In this document: piece after piece, positions 38,442 through 47,882 of the stretch | Layout of the letters: the number at the start of each line of letters is the position of its first letter | Position numbering within the stretch: the stretch's first letter is position 1 | Program-made: the position numbers and the translations under genes | Notes under the pieces: model-generated | What the model was told of the DNA's origin: nothing | Databases searched by the model: none | Seen by the model: the letters and a program-made list of their open reading frames with translations, nothing else | Source: Clostridia bacterium | Lineage (GTDB): Bacteria; Bacillota; Clostridia; TANB77; CAG-465 | Reading direction: 5' to 3' | NCBI GenBank assembly: GCA_045537895.1 | Contig: JAZSQI010000022.1 | Location: 19,290 to 83,289, forward strand | Length of the DNA: 64,000 bases

Positions 38442-38993
38442 CTAGAACTGTACTTTTACAGCTTCTTTTTCCTCTTCGTTTGTTACTTGGAAGAAAGGCT
38501 CTTCGTTAAATTTAAACATATTAGCTATTATACTGTTTGGAAATACAGCGATTGCTTCGTTGTATTTTTGTACAGTATCGTTATAAAATTGTCTTGCAAA
38601 AGCTATTTTGTCCTCTGTTCCAGCAAGCTCCACTTGTAACGAATTAAAGTTTTCGTTTGCTTTTAAATCTGGATAAGACTCAGCTAAAGCAAATATTGAT
38701 TTTAATGAATTTGAAAGTTCATTACTTGCATTTGCTACTTCGGCTACAGAACCACCAGCAGAAAGCTTGTTTCTAGCTTCTATAACTTTTTCAAGAGTAG
38801 TTTCTTCATGCTTTGCATAACCTTTAACAGTTTCAACTAGATTTGGTATTAAATCAAATCTTCTTTTTAATTGAGTATCGATTTGTGCCCAAGCATTTTT
38901 AACACGTAATCTTAAAGATACTAAGTTGTTGTAAATTCCAACAACAGCAAGAATAAGCACAATAGCGATAATTAAAATAATCCATCCAATCAT
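38442..38993 (-). CDS. lemA: LemA family protein (core copy)
   Basis: [37 protein letters not shown] and [10 protein letters not shown] motifs. The ATG at 38993 is preceded by GGAGG. Confidence 0.85.
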   Translation of the reverse strand: MIGWIILIIAIVLILAVVGIYNNLVSLRLRVKNAWAQIDTQLKRRFDLIPNLVETVKGYAKHEETTLEKVIEARNKLSAGGSVAEVANASNELSNSLKSIFALAESYPDLKANENFNSLQVELAGTEDKIAFARQFYNDTVQKYNEAIAVFPNSIIANMFKFNEEPFFQVTNEEEKEAVKVQF

Positions 38994-39193
38994 TCTACAT
39001 AACCTCCTAATCATTGAATTATGATTATATTTTATCACTAAAACGTACATTTTACAATATTTGAAATATAAAATAATATATGTCATTAAATAAAGTAATT
39101 ATAAATTTTAACATAAATATTTAAAGAAAGTTGATAAATAAAAAAGGAAGTAAAAAATATATTTTACTTCCTTTTATGAATATGAGTTGACAA

Positions 39194-39439
39194 TTATTCG
39201 TTATAATCATAGTTGTATTGCTTTGGAAAGAACATAGCATGTCTTTGACCAGTTTCTTCATCTTCGTATGAATCATACTCCCAACCAAGATCTTCCATTT
39301 CGTCTTCTACAACAGGATAAGTGTCAAATGGCAATCTAATAACAGGATCACCAGTGTTCTTTGCTTCTTCTATCCTTGATTCTAAAATTTCCCTTTGCTT
39401 AACTAGACTAGCTTTGTAAAATTCTGTTGCTGTAATCAT
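39194..39439 (-). CDS. Small acidic hypothetical protein
   Basis: 81-aa ORF with RBS AGGAGGA. Confidence 0.4.
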   Translation of the reverse strand: MITATEFYKASLVKQREILESRIEEAKNTGDPVIRLPFDTYPVVEDEMEDLGWEYDSYEDEETGQRHAMFFPKQYNYDYNE

Positions 39440-39702
39440 GTAATAAGTCCTCCTATTAATTAGATTTTTAGAGTGATTGAAATTTGAATTATCAGAATAA
39501 CATCTAAAATAAAACCTTAGCTAACATTATATCATAATTTTATGTAAAACACAACTAAAATAGATAATAGATATGAGGGCAAAGGTTTTAAAAGGAAAAA
39601 CAGTTACAGTACTAATAAAATTATGAATATATTGATATAGACAAACATATAAATATAATACAAGCTATTATTATAAGTAGATACCAATAATTAGCTTTGA
39701 GT

Positions 39703-39731
39703 TTGACAAAAAAAATCATATGTAGTATAAT
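39703..39731 (+). promoter_or_regulatory. Sigma-A type promoter for the yabE-like gene
   Basis: TTGACA, 17 nt, TATAAT. Confidence 0.5.
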
Positions 39732-39766
39732 GATAATGTCACGTTGTGTCGTAAGGAGGAATATTA

Positions 39767-40849
39767 GTGAACGAAGATAAAATATACATGGTAAGAAAAA
39801 TATTTGTAATGTTAACCTGTATATTAGTATTTATTACTTTAGGACTTATAGTGATAAAGTTTCAAACAAAAGATATAATTGTAGATTATTATGGAAAAGT
39901 TGAACATATCAAGACAATGTCTAACACTGTAGAAGGATTACTTATGCAAAATAAGATTCATATTGATGAAAAAGCAATTGTAACACCTGGTATACAAAGT
40001 AGACTGAAAGATGATATGCTAATAAAGATATATTCTGAAGATTCAGAAGTTGCATTTCTTGATTATAATAAATATTATGAAATGGCAAATGCAAACATTG
40101 TAGAAAAAGTTGTAGAAGAAATACACTATATTGATTATGCAAAGCAAGAAAAGAGTAATGCTTCTATGACAAGAGGAACAACAAAGGTAATACAGCAGGG
40201 TGTTCAAGGTGAAAAAACAGCCACCTATGTTATTAAATATCAAAATGAAACTGAAGTAGCAAGAAAATTAGTTAGTGAAGAAATATCAAAAGAAGCAGTA
40301 GCTGAAATAATTGACGTTGGAACTGCAGTGCCAACAGTATCAAGAAATAGTACATATAGAATTAATGCTGAGTATTTAGTTGAAAATGCAGGATTTAAGG
40401 AATATAGTATTAACTTAAGCAGAGAATTGCAAGTATATGCATATAATATGGCTAATAAATACGGTGTTCCATATGAATTATTCTTAGCGATGATGTATGT
40501 AGAGAGTGGGTTTAATCCTAATGCTATTAGTAAAACAAATGACTATGGAATGTGTCAAATAAATAAAGGCAATCATGCATATATTACTAGACAGATAGGA
40601 GTTACAAACTTCTTAGATCCATATCAGAACATTGAAGCAGGTGCATTTTTCTTGGCAAGGTATTTTAAATCATGGGGGCAAAAAGGATTTGATAGAGCCA
40701 CTTTAGAATTGCACGCTTTAAATGCATATAATAGAGGTGATGCTAGTTATCAAAAATATTTGGCAAAAGGAAATACGGCTACATCATGGTACTATGGTAA
40801 CAAAATAGTAGCAGCTAGAGATAGATTAGTAGCTAATGGGCATTTTTAA
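39767..40849 (+). CDS. YabE-like cell-wall protein: DUF348, G5 and lytic transglycosylase (SLT) domains
   Basis: TM anchor, G5-like TRGTTKVIQQGVQGEKTATYVIKYQNE, SLT motif MMYVESGFNPNAISKTNDYGMCQIN. Located upstream of rsmA, as yabE is in Bacillus. Confidence 0.75.
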   Translation: MNEDKIYMVRKIFVMLTCILVFITLGLIVIKFQTKDIIVDYYGKVEHIKTMSNTVEGLLMQNKIHIDEKAIVTPGIQSRLKDDMLIKIYSEDSEVAFLDYNKYYEMANANIVEKVVEEIHYIDYAKQEKSNASMTRGTTKVIQQGVQGEKTATYVIKYQNETEVARKLVSEEISKEAVAEIIDVGTAVPTVSRNSTYRINAEYLVENAGFKEYSINLSRELQVYAYNMANKYGVPYELFLAMMYVESGFNPNAISKTNDYGMCQINKGNHAYITRQIGVTNFLDPYQNIEAGAFFLARYFKSWGQKGFDRATLELHALNAYNRGDASYQKYLAKGNTATSWYYGNKIVAARDRLVANGHF

Positions 40850-40918
40850 TTTATTTAAAATAAGAGCGTTATGATATGAGGTCATAATGCTTTTTCTTTA
40901 TAGAGAAAGGAAAATAAT

Positions 40919-41788
40919 ATGAATTTAAAACAAAAAACAGATAACATATTAAATGTTTATGGTTTAAAAGCAAAAAAAAGATTTGGACAAAATTTTTTAA
41001 TTGATGAAAAAATAATAGATAAAATAGTTCAAAAATCAAATATATCTAAGGAGGATATAATAATTGAGATAGGACCAGGATTGGGAAATCTGACTGAAAA
41101 ATTATTAGAGAAAGCAAAAATAGTAATAGCGTTTGAAATAGATGAAGATATGATTAGAGTATTAAATGGAAGATTTAAAGATACATCTAATTTTATATTA
41201 ATAAATGAGGACATATTAAAAGCTAATGTGCAAAAAGTATTAGAAGAAAATAATATAGAACAAAAAAATATAAAAGTGGTTGCAAATTTGCCATACTATA
41301 TTACAACACCTATTATGTTTAAAATATTTGAGCAGGTAAGTTATATACAAAGCATGACAATAATGGTTCAAAAAGAGGTTGCAGATAGAATTATAGCTAG
41401 GCCAAAAAGTAAAGATTATGGAGTTTTAACTGTAAATACAAAATATTATGGTGATGCTGTAAAACTTTTTGATGTTCCAAACACATCTTTTGTTCCAGCA
41501 CCTAATGTTACATCATCTATTGTTAAAATAGAAATAATAAGTAGATATAAAGCTGAAAACAGTGAAACATTTTTCAAGCTAGTAAAAGCTGCGTTTTCAC
41601 AAAGGAGAAAAAAATTAATAAATTCGCTAGAAAATAGTAACGTATTTAATCTGCCAAAGCAACAATTAAAAGATTTATTATTAGATAGCTCCGTGGAAGA
41701 AAACTCAAGGGCAGAGGAGCTTGATATACAAACATATATAGACTTATCAAATAAAATATATAATCAAATAAAAAAATCAGAGGCTTAG
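40919..41788 (+). CDS. rsmA: 16S rRNA (adenine1518/1519-N6)-dimethyltransferase
   Basis: FGQNFLID and EIGPGLGNLT SAM motifs, plus NLPYYITTPI. Confidence 0.92.
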   Translation: MNLKQKTDNILNVYGLKAKKRFGQNFLIDEKIIDKIVQKSNISKEDIIIEIGPGLGNLTEKLLEKAKIVIAFEIDEDMIRVLNGRFKDTSNFILINEDILKANVQKVLEENNIEQKNIKVVANLPYYITTPIMFKIFEQVSYIQSMTIMVQKEVADRIIARPKSKDYGVLTVNTKYYGDAVKLFDVPNTSFVPAPNVTSSIVKIEIISRYKAENSETFFKLVKAAFSQRRKKLINSLENSNVFNLPKQQLKDLLLDSSVEENSRAEELDIQTYIDLSNKIYNQIKKSEA

Positions 41789-42843
41789 TTTCCTCTGATT
41801 TTTGATATTGCAGCTAAATGCTGACTGTAAGATTTACTAAAAACATGTTTTCCATCATTTCCAAGAACAAAGAATAAATAATCAGTAGAAGCAGGGTAAA
41901 GAGTTGCCTTTATTGACTCAAGCCCTGGTGATGCTATTGGACCTGCTGGAAGTCCTAGATTTTTATATGTGTTATATGGACTATCAATTTTAGTATCTTC
42001 GTTTGTTAATACAGCTTTTCTTTCTTTTAATATATATTGAACAGTAGCACATGATTCTAAGTAAGGATAAGTTTTACTATTTAGTCTGTTATAAAAGACT
42101 GACGCTACTATATCTCTTTCGCTATCATTTGCAGCTTCTCTTTCAACAATAGAAGCTAAAGTTATTATTTCATGAACTGACATATTTAATTCTGTCGCTT
42201 TGTTTTTCATTTCCTCAGTAAATATAGAATTAAACTTGTCTAACATTTGTTTTAAAACAGCTTCTTCAGAAGCATCTTTTGATATTGTGTATGTTGCAGG
42301 GAATAAATAACCTTCTAGATATACATCAGATATTGTTAAATTATTTAAAAACCAATAATCAAACTTAGTATTTAAAATAGTGTTTTTAAATCCATCTTCA
42401 GTTCCTATTCCGTTTTCTACTAATATGTTTATAATTTGTCTTAATTCATAGCCTTCAGGGATGGTTACTTTTACAGAATTAATAGCGCCACCTACTTGTT
42501 GTAAATTTTTGCTTAATTCTTCATATGACATATTTACATTTAAATAAAAAACACCATATTTATATTTGTTACTATTTCCTTCTTCTGTTGCAAATTCTAT
42601 AAATTTATCTGGATATTTAATGATGTTGTTTTTATATAATATGTTTGCTATCTCTGATAAATATGCACCTTCTGGAATCTCTATTTGAACTTCTTTAGCA
42701 TTTTCTACTTTCTTTGTTTTATAGTGGTCATTTTTTATATCATTCATTTTTAAAAGTATTAAAGTAGCTATTATACCAATAATAATTGCCATAACAGTAA
42801 GAATAATATAAATTGGTTTAATTTCTTTATTAAATATTTTCAT
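41785..42843 (-). CDS. mltG: Endolytic murein transglycosylase MltG (YceG-like)
   Basis: N-terminal TM, then LASIVEREA, NRL, YNTY and GLPAGPIASPG motifs. Confidence 0.9.
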   Translation of the reverse strand: MKIFNKEIKPIYIILTVMAIIIGIIATLILLKMNDIKNDHYKTKKVENAKEVQIEIPEGAYLSEIANILYKNNIIKYPDKFIEFATEEGNSNKYKYGVFYLNVNMSYEELSKNLQQVGGAINSVKVTIPEGYELRQIINILVENGIGTEDGFKNTILNTKFDYWFLNNLTISDVYLEGYLFPATYTISKDASEEAVLKQMLDKFNSIFTEEMKNKATELNMSVHEIITLASIVEREAANDSERDIVASVFYNRLNSKTYPYLESCATVQYILKERKAVLTNEDTKIDSPYNTYKNLGLPAGPIASPGLESIKATLYPASTDYLFFVLGNDGKHVFSKSYSQHLAAISKIRGN

Positions 42844-42992
42844 ACTTCACTCCTTATATCTATATGTAATACTAACACAATGACATTAAAATTACAATAG
42901 AAAAATGCAAAGTACAAAAATATAAAGTAAAGAAATACTATTGCAATATATATGAATATATGATATATGTATCTTGTGTAGGAGGGATTTAA

Positions 42993-43469
42993 ATGTTAAA
43001 GAAAAAAACAAGTATTATATTAATTATATTAGCTATAATTATAGTTATAGTTTGTGTAGTTTGTTTTGGAGGAAAAAAAGGTGATGTTAGTGGCAGTCTT
43101 GAAGATATAATTAGTAAACTCTATCAGGGAATAAGTGAAGATGAACTTCCAATGGCGCTTGGCAATGTAGAATTAACAGATGAAAATATTGAATCATTTA
43201 TCGGCACAACTGAAGTTAAATATACAGAAGCTATAGCAAATGAATCTATGGTTGGTTCAATAGCTCATTCTGTTGTTCTTCTTAGAGTAGAAGATGGTAG
43301 CAATGTAGAAGAAGCAGTTCAAAAAATAAAAGAAAACGTTAATCCAAGAAAATGGATATGTGTTGAAGCAAGCAATGTTATAGTTAAAAATAGAGGCGAT
43401 TTAGTTATTCTAATAATGTCTAATGAGACATTAGCACCGAAATTAGAAACTAATTTTGATAATTTATAA
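42993..43469 (+). CDS. DUF4358-like membrane-anchored protein
   Basis: 158 aa with an N-terminal anchor, immediately upstream of and overlapping the MBOAT gene. Confidence 0.4.
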   Translation: MLKKKTSIILIILAIIIVIVCVVCFGGKKGDVSGSLEDIISKLYQGISEDELPMALGNVELTDENIESFIGTTEVKYTEAIANESMVGSIAHSVVLLRVEDGSNVEEAVQKIKENVNPRKWICVEASNVIVKNRGDLVILIMSNETLAPKLETNFDNL

Positions 43470-44857
43470 TGCTTTTTTCTAGCATAACATTTTTATATTA
43501 TTTTTTGCCTATTATAATTTTATTATATTATTTGATGCCTAAAAAATATAGAAATGTAACGTTATTAGTATTTAGTTTAATATTTTATTTTTACGGGGAA
43601 AAAAGCCCTGTATTAATAATTGCTTGCATATTAAATTATGTGTTTGGAATGTTAATAGGCAAAAGTGATAAAACGGAAAGAAAAATATATTTAATAATAG
43701 GAATAGTAATAAATTTATTATTATTAGTTTATTATAAATATTGTAATTTCTTCATTGAAAACGTTAATGTTTTATTTAATATAGACATTAAATATTTATC
43801 AGTTGTATTACCTCTTGGAATTAGTTTTTTCACGTTCCAGAATATAAGTTATTTAATAGATGTTTATAGAGGAGAGGTAGAAGCTCAAAGAAGTATAGTT
43901 AAATATGCTACATATATAACGTTTTTTCCTCAACTAATCGCAGGACCTATAGTAAGATACAAAGACATAAATGAAGAATTAGAAAATAGAGAAGAAACAG
44001 TCGATACATTTGGCTATGGAGTAAAGAGATTTATAATAGGTCTTTCCAAAAAAGTTTTAATTGCAAATACAATAGGACAAATGTGTACAATATTTGCTGG
44101 TGTTCAAGCTAAAACAACGTTAAGTTATATTATTCAAGCAATTGGGTATACACTTCAAATATATTTTGATTTTTCGGGTTATAGTGATATGGCAATAGGT
44201 TTAGGGGCGTTTTTTGGATTTCATATCAAAGAAAACTTTAATTATCCATTAATTGCAACTAGTATTACAGATTTTTGGAGAAGATGGCATATTTCACTGT
44301 CTAGCTTTTTTAAAGACTATATATATATTCCACTTGGTGGAAATAGAAAAGGAAAAGTAAGACATATATTTAATATATTAATTGTATGGGCACTTACCGG
44401 TTTTTGGCATGGTGCAAATTGGAATTTTATTTTATGGGGAATATATTTCTTTGTGTTTTTAATTATAGAAAAATTAGTATTAAGAAAACATCTTAAAAAC
44501 GGAATATTATCACACATCTATACAATAGTAGTTGTTTTAGTAAGTTTTGTTATATTTAACGTAGAATCTACTTTCGAAATAGGAATATTTATAAAAAACA
44601 TGTTTGGTTTCGGAAATATACAATTTGCTAATTTTGAAACATTATATCATTTAAAAAACTATGCTATAGTTATATTAATAGCTATAATATGTTCAACGCC
44701 ACTTCTTACTAAATGTTTGGAGAAACTAAATAATATGAAAAAAATAAAAGGAATTCTAAGTGTAGTAGAACCGATAGTATATATGATGCTTCTTATAGCT
44801 TGCACAGCATCGTTAGTTTCAAACTCATATAATCCTTTTATATATTTTAGATTTTGA
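43469..44857 (+). CDS. MBOAT-family O-acyltransferase (AlgI/DltB-like)
   Basis: FWRRWHISLSSFFKDYIYIPLGGNRKG and FWHGANW signature. Polytopic. Confidence 0.9.
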   Translation: MLFSSITFLYYFLPIIILLYYLMPKKYRNVTLLVFSLIFYFYGEKSPVLIIACILNYVFGMLIGKSDKTERKIYLIIGIVINLLLLVYYKYCNFFIENVNVLFNIDIKYLSVVLPLGISFFTFQNISYLIDVYRGEVEAQRSIVKYATYITFFPQLIAGPIVRYKDINEELENREETVDTFGYGVKRFIIGLSKKVLIANTIGQMCTIFAGVQAKTTLSYIIQAIGYTLQIYFDFSGYSDMAIGLGAFFGFHIKENFNYPLIATSITDFWRRWHISLSSFFKDYIYIPLGGNRKGKVRHIFNILIVWALTGFWHGANWNFILWGIYFFVFLIIEKLVLRKHLKNGILSHIYTIVVVLVSFVIFNVESTFEIGIFIKNMFGFGNIQFANFETLYHLKNYAIVILIAIICSTPLLTKCLEKLNNMKKIKGILSVVEPIVYMMLLIACTASLVSNSYNPFIYFRF

Positions 44858-44866
44858 GGTGGCAGT

Positions 44867-45931
44867 ATGAAAAATAAAATAATGACATGTGGTTTTTTAA
44901 TTAGTATATTTGGGATTGCAATAGCAAATATTTTTCTAAAAGATAAAGCTGTTTCTGTTTTTGAGAGGAGAAAGCTAGCACAGTTTCCTAAAACAGGCAC
45001 AGACTTCACACAAAAACTTGATGATTATTTAGTAGATCAAATTGTATTTAGAGATGAATTAATAGGACTTAATTCTAGTATTAATAGAAATTTATTAGGA
45101 AAAATTGATGATAAAAACGTATATATAATAGATGATAATATTTATGAGATAAATTACCCATTAGATGAAAATAAATGTATTAAATTTTCTGAAAAATTAA
45201 ATTATATAACAGAAAATTATTTTAATTTTGCAAATGTATACTATACAATAATACCTGACAAAAGTTATTTTCTAGATGAAACAAAATACTTAAAGATGGA
45301 TTATAATAAAATGTATGAAATATTAAAAGAAAATATAAATGGAAAGTATATTGATATAACTAATACGCTTACGGCTAATGATTATTATCGTACAGATATA
45401 CATTGGAAACAAGAAAATTTACTTGATGTAACAAATAAATTATTAAAAAATATGGGAAATTTACTAACAAATACAGAATATAATATTAATGAGTATAATA
45501 ATTTTTATGGTGCATCATATTCTAAAGGAAATAAAAACATAAAGCCAGATACACTAGCATATTTATATAATACTGATATAAATAAACTTTATGCTTATCA
45601 CTTAGAGTTTGGGAATAGATTGATATATGATGAGGAAAAGCTATATGGCGTAGATGCATATGATGTATTCTTGTCAGGCCCAAGTAGTTATATAGAAATT
45701 GAAAATCCAAATGTAAAAGAAGACAAGACACTTATAATTTTTAGAGATTCTTTTGGAAGTAGTATAACACCACTTTTTATTGAGTATTATAGAAAAACGA
45801 TAGTTATAGATTTAAGGTATATAGATTTTTCATATATAAGTGAAAAAATAAAACAAGAAAATTGTGATGTTCTTTATCTATATAGCACCTTAATAATAAA
45901 TAATAGTGATATTTTAAAGGTTAATTATTAA
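44867..45931 (+). CDS. DHHW-family (AlgJ/AlgX-like) protein partnered with the MBOAT
   Basis: N-terminal anchor, YRTDIHW motif (DHHW variant), and the usual position downstream of an MBOAT gene. Confidence 0.65.
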   Translation: MKNKIMTCGFLISIFGIAIANIFLKDKAVSVFERRKLAQFPKTGTDFTQKLDDYLVDQIVFRDELIGLNSSINRNLLGKIDDKNVYIIDDNIYEINYPLDENKCIKFSEKLNYITENYFNFANVYYTIIPDKSYFLDETKYLKMDYNKMYEILKENINGKYIDITNTLTANDYYRTDIHWKQENLLDVTNKLLKNMGNLLTNTEYNINEYNNFYGASYSKGNKNIKPDTLAYLYNTDINKLYAYHLEFGNRLIYDEEKLYGVDAYDVFLSGPSSYIEIENPNVKEDKTLIIFRDSFGSSITPLFIEYYRKTIVIDLRYIDFSYISEKIKQENCDVLYLYSTLIINNSDILKVNY

Positions 45932-45936
45932 ACGCC

Positions 45937-45970
45937 AAAAAAACCTGTTACATAAGCAACAGGCTTTTTT
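45937..45970 (+). terminator. Rho-independent terminator
   Basis: AAAAAAACCTGTT ... AACAGGCTTTTTT. Confidence 0.55.
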
Positions 45971-46124
45971 GCAAAAGAAAGGGTTTGTTATGATTATAAA
46001 AATCATAATAATACAAACAATGATTAATATATATCATATAAAAAATAAAAATGCAAGCAAAAATGTGTGCAAACAATAAAATTAAAATATTTACATAAAA
46101 AATTAGATTTTTTTCAAAAAATAC

Positions 46125-46153
46125 TTGACATATGCTCTTAAATATTGTAAACT
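46125..46153 (+). promoter_or_regulatory. Candidate promoter of the tRNA cluster
   Basis: TTGACA, 17 nt, TAAACT, about 20 nt upstream of tRNA-Lys. Confidence 0.4.
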
Positions 46154-46171
46154 ATTATGGCGATATGTTAT

Positions 46172-46247
46172 GGGCTATTAGCTCAGTTGGCAGAGCACTT
46201 GACTTTTAATCAAGTTGTCCCGCGTTCGAATCGCGGATAGCTCACCA
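46172..46247 (+). tRNA. tRNA-Lys(TTT)
   Basis: GGGCTAT/ATAGCTC acceptor, anticodon arm CTTGA-CTTTTAA-TCAAG, CCGCG-TTCGAAT-CGCGG T-arm, CCA. Confidence 0.9.
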
Positions 46248-46251
46248 TGAT

Positions 46252-46326
46252 GGCCCGTTGGTCAATCGGTTAAGACATCGCCCTTTCACGGCGGAGTGAG
46301 GAGTTCGACTCTCCTACGGGTCACCA
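46252..46326 (+). tRNA. tRNA-Glu(TTC)
   Basis: GGCCCGT/ACGGGTC acceptor, anticodon loop CTTTCAC, AGGAG-TTCGACT-CTCCT T-arm, CCA. Confidence 0.88.
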
Positions 46327-46332
46327 TATCGT

Positions 46333-46408
46333 GCTGGAGTAGCTCAGCTGGTAGAGCAGCTGACTTGTAATCAGCAGGTCGTCAGTTCAATTCTGACCTT
46401 CAGCTCCA
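46333..46408 (+). tRNA. tRNA-Thr(TGT)
   Basis: GCTGGAG/CTTCAGC acceptor, anticodon arm CTGAC-TTGTAAT-CAG (loop CTTGTAA), GTCAG-TTCAATT-CTGAC T-arm, CCA. Confidence 0.88.
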
Positions 46409-46414
46409 AAACTA

Positions 46415-46441
46415 ATCCTTGCAAGTTTTGCAAGGATTTTT
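46415..46441 (+). terminator. Terminator of the tRNA cluster
   Basis: ATCCTTGCA-loop-TGCAAGGAT followed by TTTT. Confidence 0.6.
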
Positions 46442-46489
46442 CATATACAAAAAAACACAACAAATATTTTTGCTGTGTTTTTATACTTA

Positions 46490-47698
46490 TTAATTAGTTT
46501 GTTCAAGTTTATCTGACATATCAATTTTGAATCCTGATTCTAGTGGGGCAACCACAGAATACATTATATTTATGTTGAATGTTTTAAATGTTGATAAGTC
46601 TATACCAATAAGAGATGAAGCACTCTTATACATGAAAGAAGTATTTATAATATTTATATCTTTTTCATATAAATAATCAACTACTAGATTTGAAAATTCT
46701 GCATCTAGTTTTTCTGCTGTGTCGATATTATACATGCTCCATAAACTTGTTTTTTCATCTTGCATTAGCATATATTTTGCATTTGCTCCATTTAAAGTAA
46801 CAATTTGAGCAGGATATTTAAATATTCTATCTACAATTACATCACCATTTAGGTTATATATTTTATTTGCTGTTGTTCCTCTTTTTTGTATTACATAACC
46901 ATCTTCGTTATAATCAAACTCAAAACCTGATTCTGTTTCAATAGAAGTTCCATTATCTAAAATAACATATTCTAAATTTCCTTTTTTACCCATACATGCT
47001 TTATTTGAATCTTTAATTTGCTGAAGACTATCGAATACAGGTTCTATAATTTGTTTATTGTTTTCATCTACTATACCATATTTAATAATTGAATCTTGAA
47101 TTTTTTTTATAATGTATTGACTTTTTCCATCTACAGTTGGGTATGATAATGTAGACACTACATCAGTCTTATCTAAAGTTGTATTTTCAACGGCTTTTGG
47201 AGTGAAGTTGTTAGGTTCTATAAGGTCTAAAAAAGAATATATAGCGCTTATAGAGGCAAAATCTTTATTTGTAACTTTGTTTCCACTACCGTCTACGATT
47301 CTATAAATAGCATCTTTGTCTGTATCTCCATATTGTAGAATATATTTATCTAAGAAACCGTTATCAGACTTTATATATATGAAATCTGTCTCGTAACCAT
47401 CAAGAGTGACAGTTTCTTTAGTAGTTAAGTTATATAAATAACTTGCGTTAGATGCTTTTAAATATAATATGTTATTTATTCTAGCAACTTTTATAAATTG
47501 AGGTTGGACTATAATTTCTCCATTTGCATCCATTACCCCATATGCGTTATTTGCCTCAACTATATAAAGTCTTTCAGATGCATCTTCCAAAATAGGTGAA
47601 GGACCTAAATCTTTTAAAGCAATTACTATACCAAGTCCTATTAATGTAATAGCAACCATAATTAGAATAATTGCTATAATTGTATTTTTATTTACCAT
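46490..47698 (-). CDS. Membrane-anchored WG-repeat protein
   Basis: ATG at 47698 follows AGGGAG. Repeats of the type YGVMDANGEIIVQPQF and KYGIVDENNKQIIEPVF. Confidence 0.5.
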   Translation of the reverse strand: MVNKNTIIAIILIMVAITLIGLGIVIALKDLGPSPILEDASERLYIVEANNAYGVMDANGEIIVQPQFIKVARINNILYLKASNASYLYNLTTKETVTLDGYETDFIYIKSDNGFLDKYILQYGDTDKDAIYRIVDGSGNKVTNKDFASISAIYSFLDLIEPNNFTPKAVENTTLDKTDVVSTLSYPTVDGKSQYIIKKIQDSIIKYGIVDENNKQIIEPVFDSLQQIKDSNKACMGKKGNLEYVILDNGTSIETESGFEFDYNEDGYVIQKRGTTANKIYNLNGDVIVDRIFKYPAQIVTLNGANAKYMLMQDEKTSLWSMYNIDTAEKLDAEFSNLVVDYLYEKDINIINTSFMYKSASSLIGIDLSTFKTFNINIMYSVVAPLESGFKIDMSDKLEQTN

Positions 47699-47882
47699 AG
47701 TATATCTCCCTCTTATCATATGAATATATACCATAATGTTATCGTATTACTTAACTTTTGTCAATGACATTTTAGTAACTTTAGAATAATTTTTTGTAAC
47801 TTAATGTCTACTTTTGTAAGATTGTATATATAGTATGGACAAACAATATTTATGGTAGTATTATTGTACATGAGGTGGGCAT

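Noticed and set aside
39440-39766. A c-di-AMP (ydaO-type) or other riboswitch in the 327-bp region upstream of the yabE-like cell-wall gene.
   Set aside because: The region is uniformly AT-rich with no conserved GC-rich helices. A consensus promoter at 39703-39731 leaves only about a 30-nt leader.
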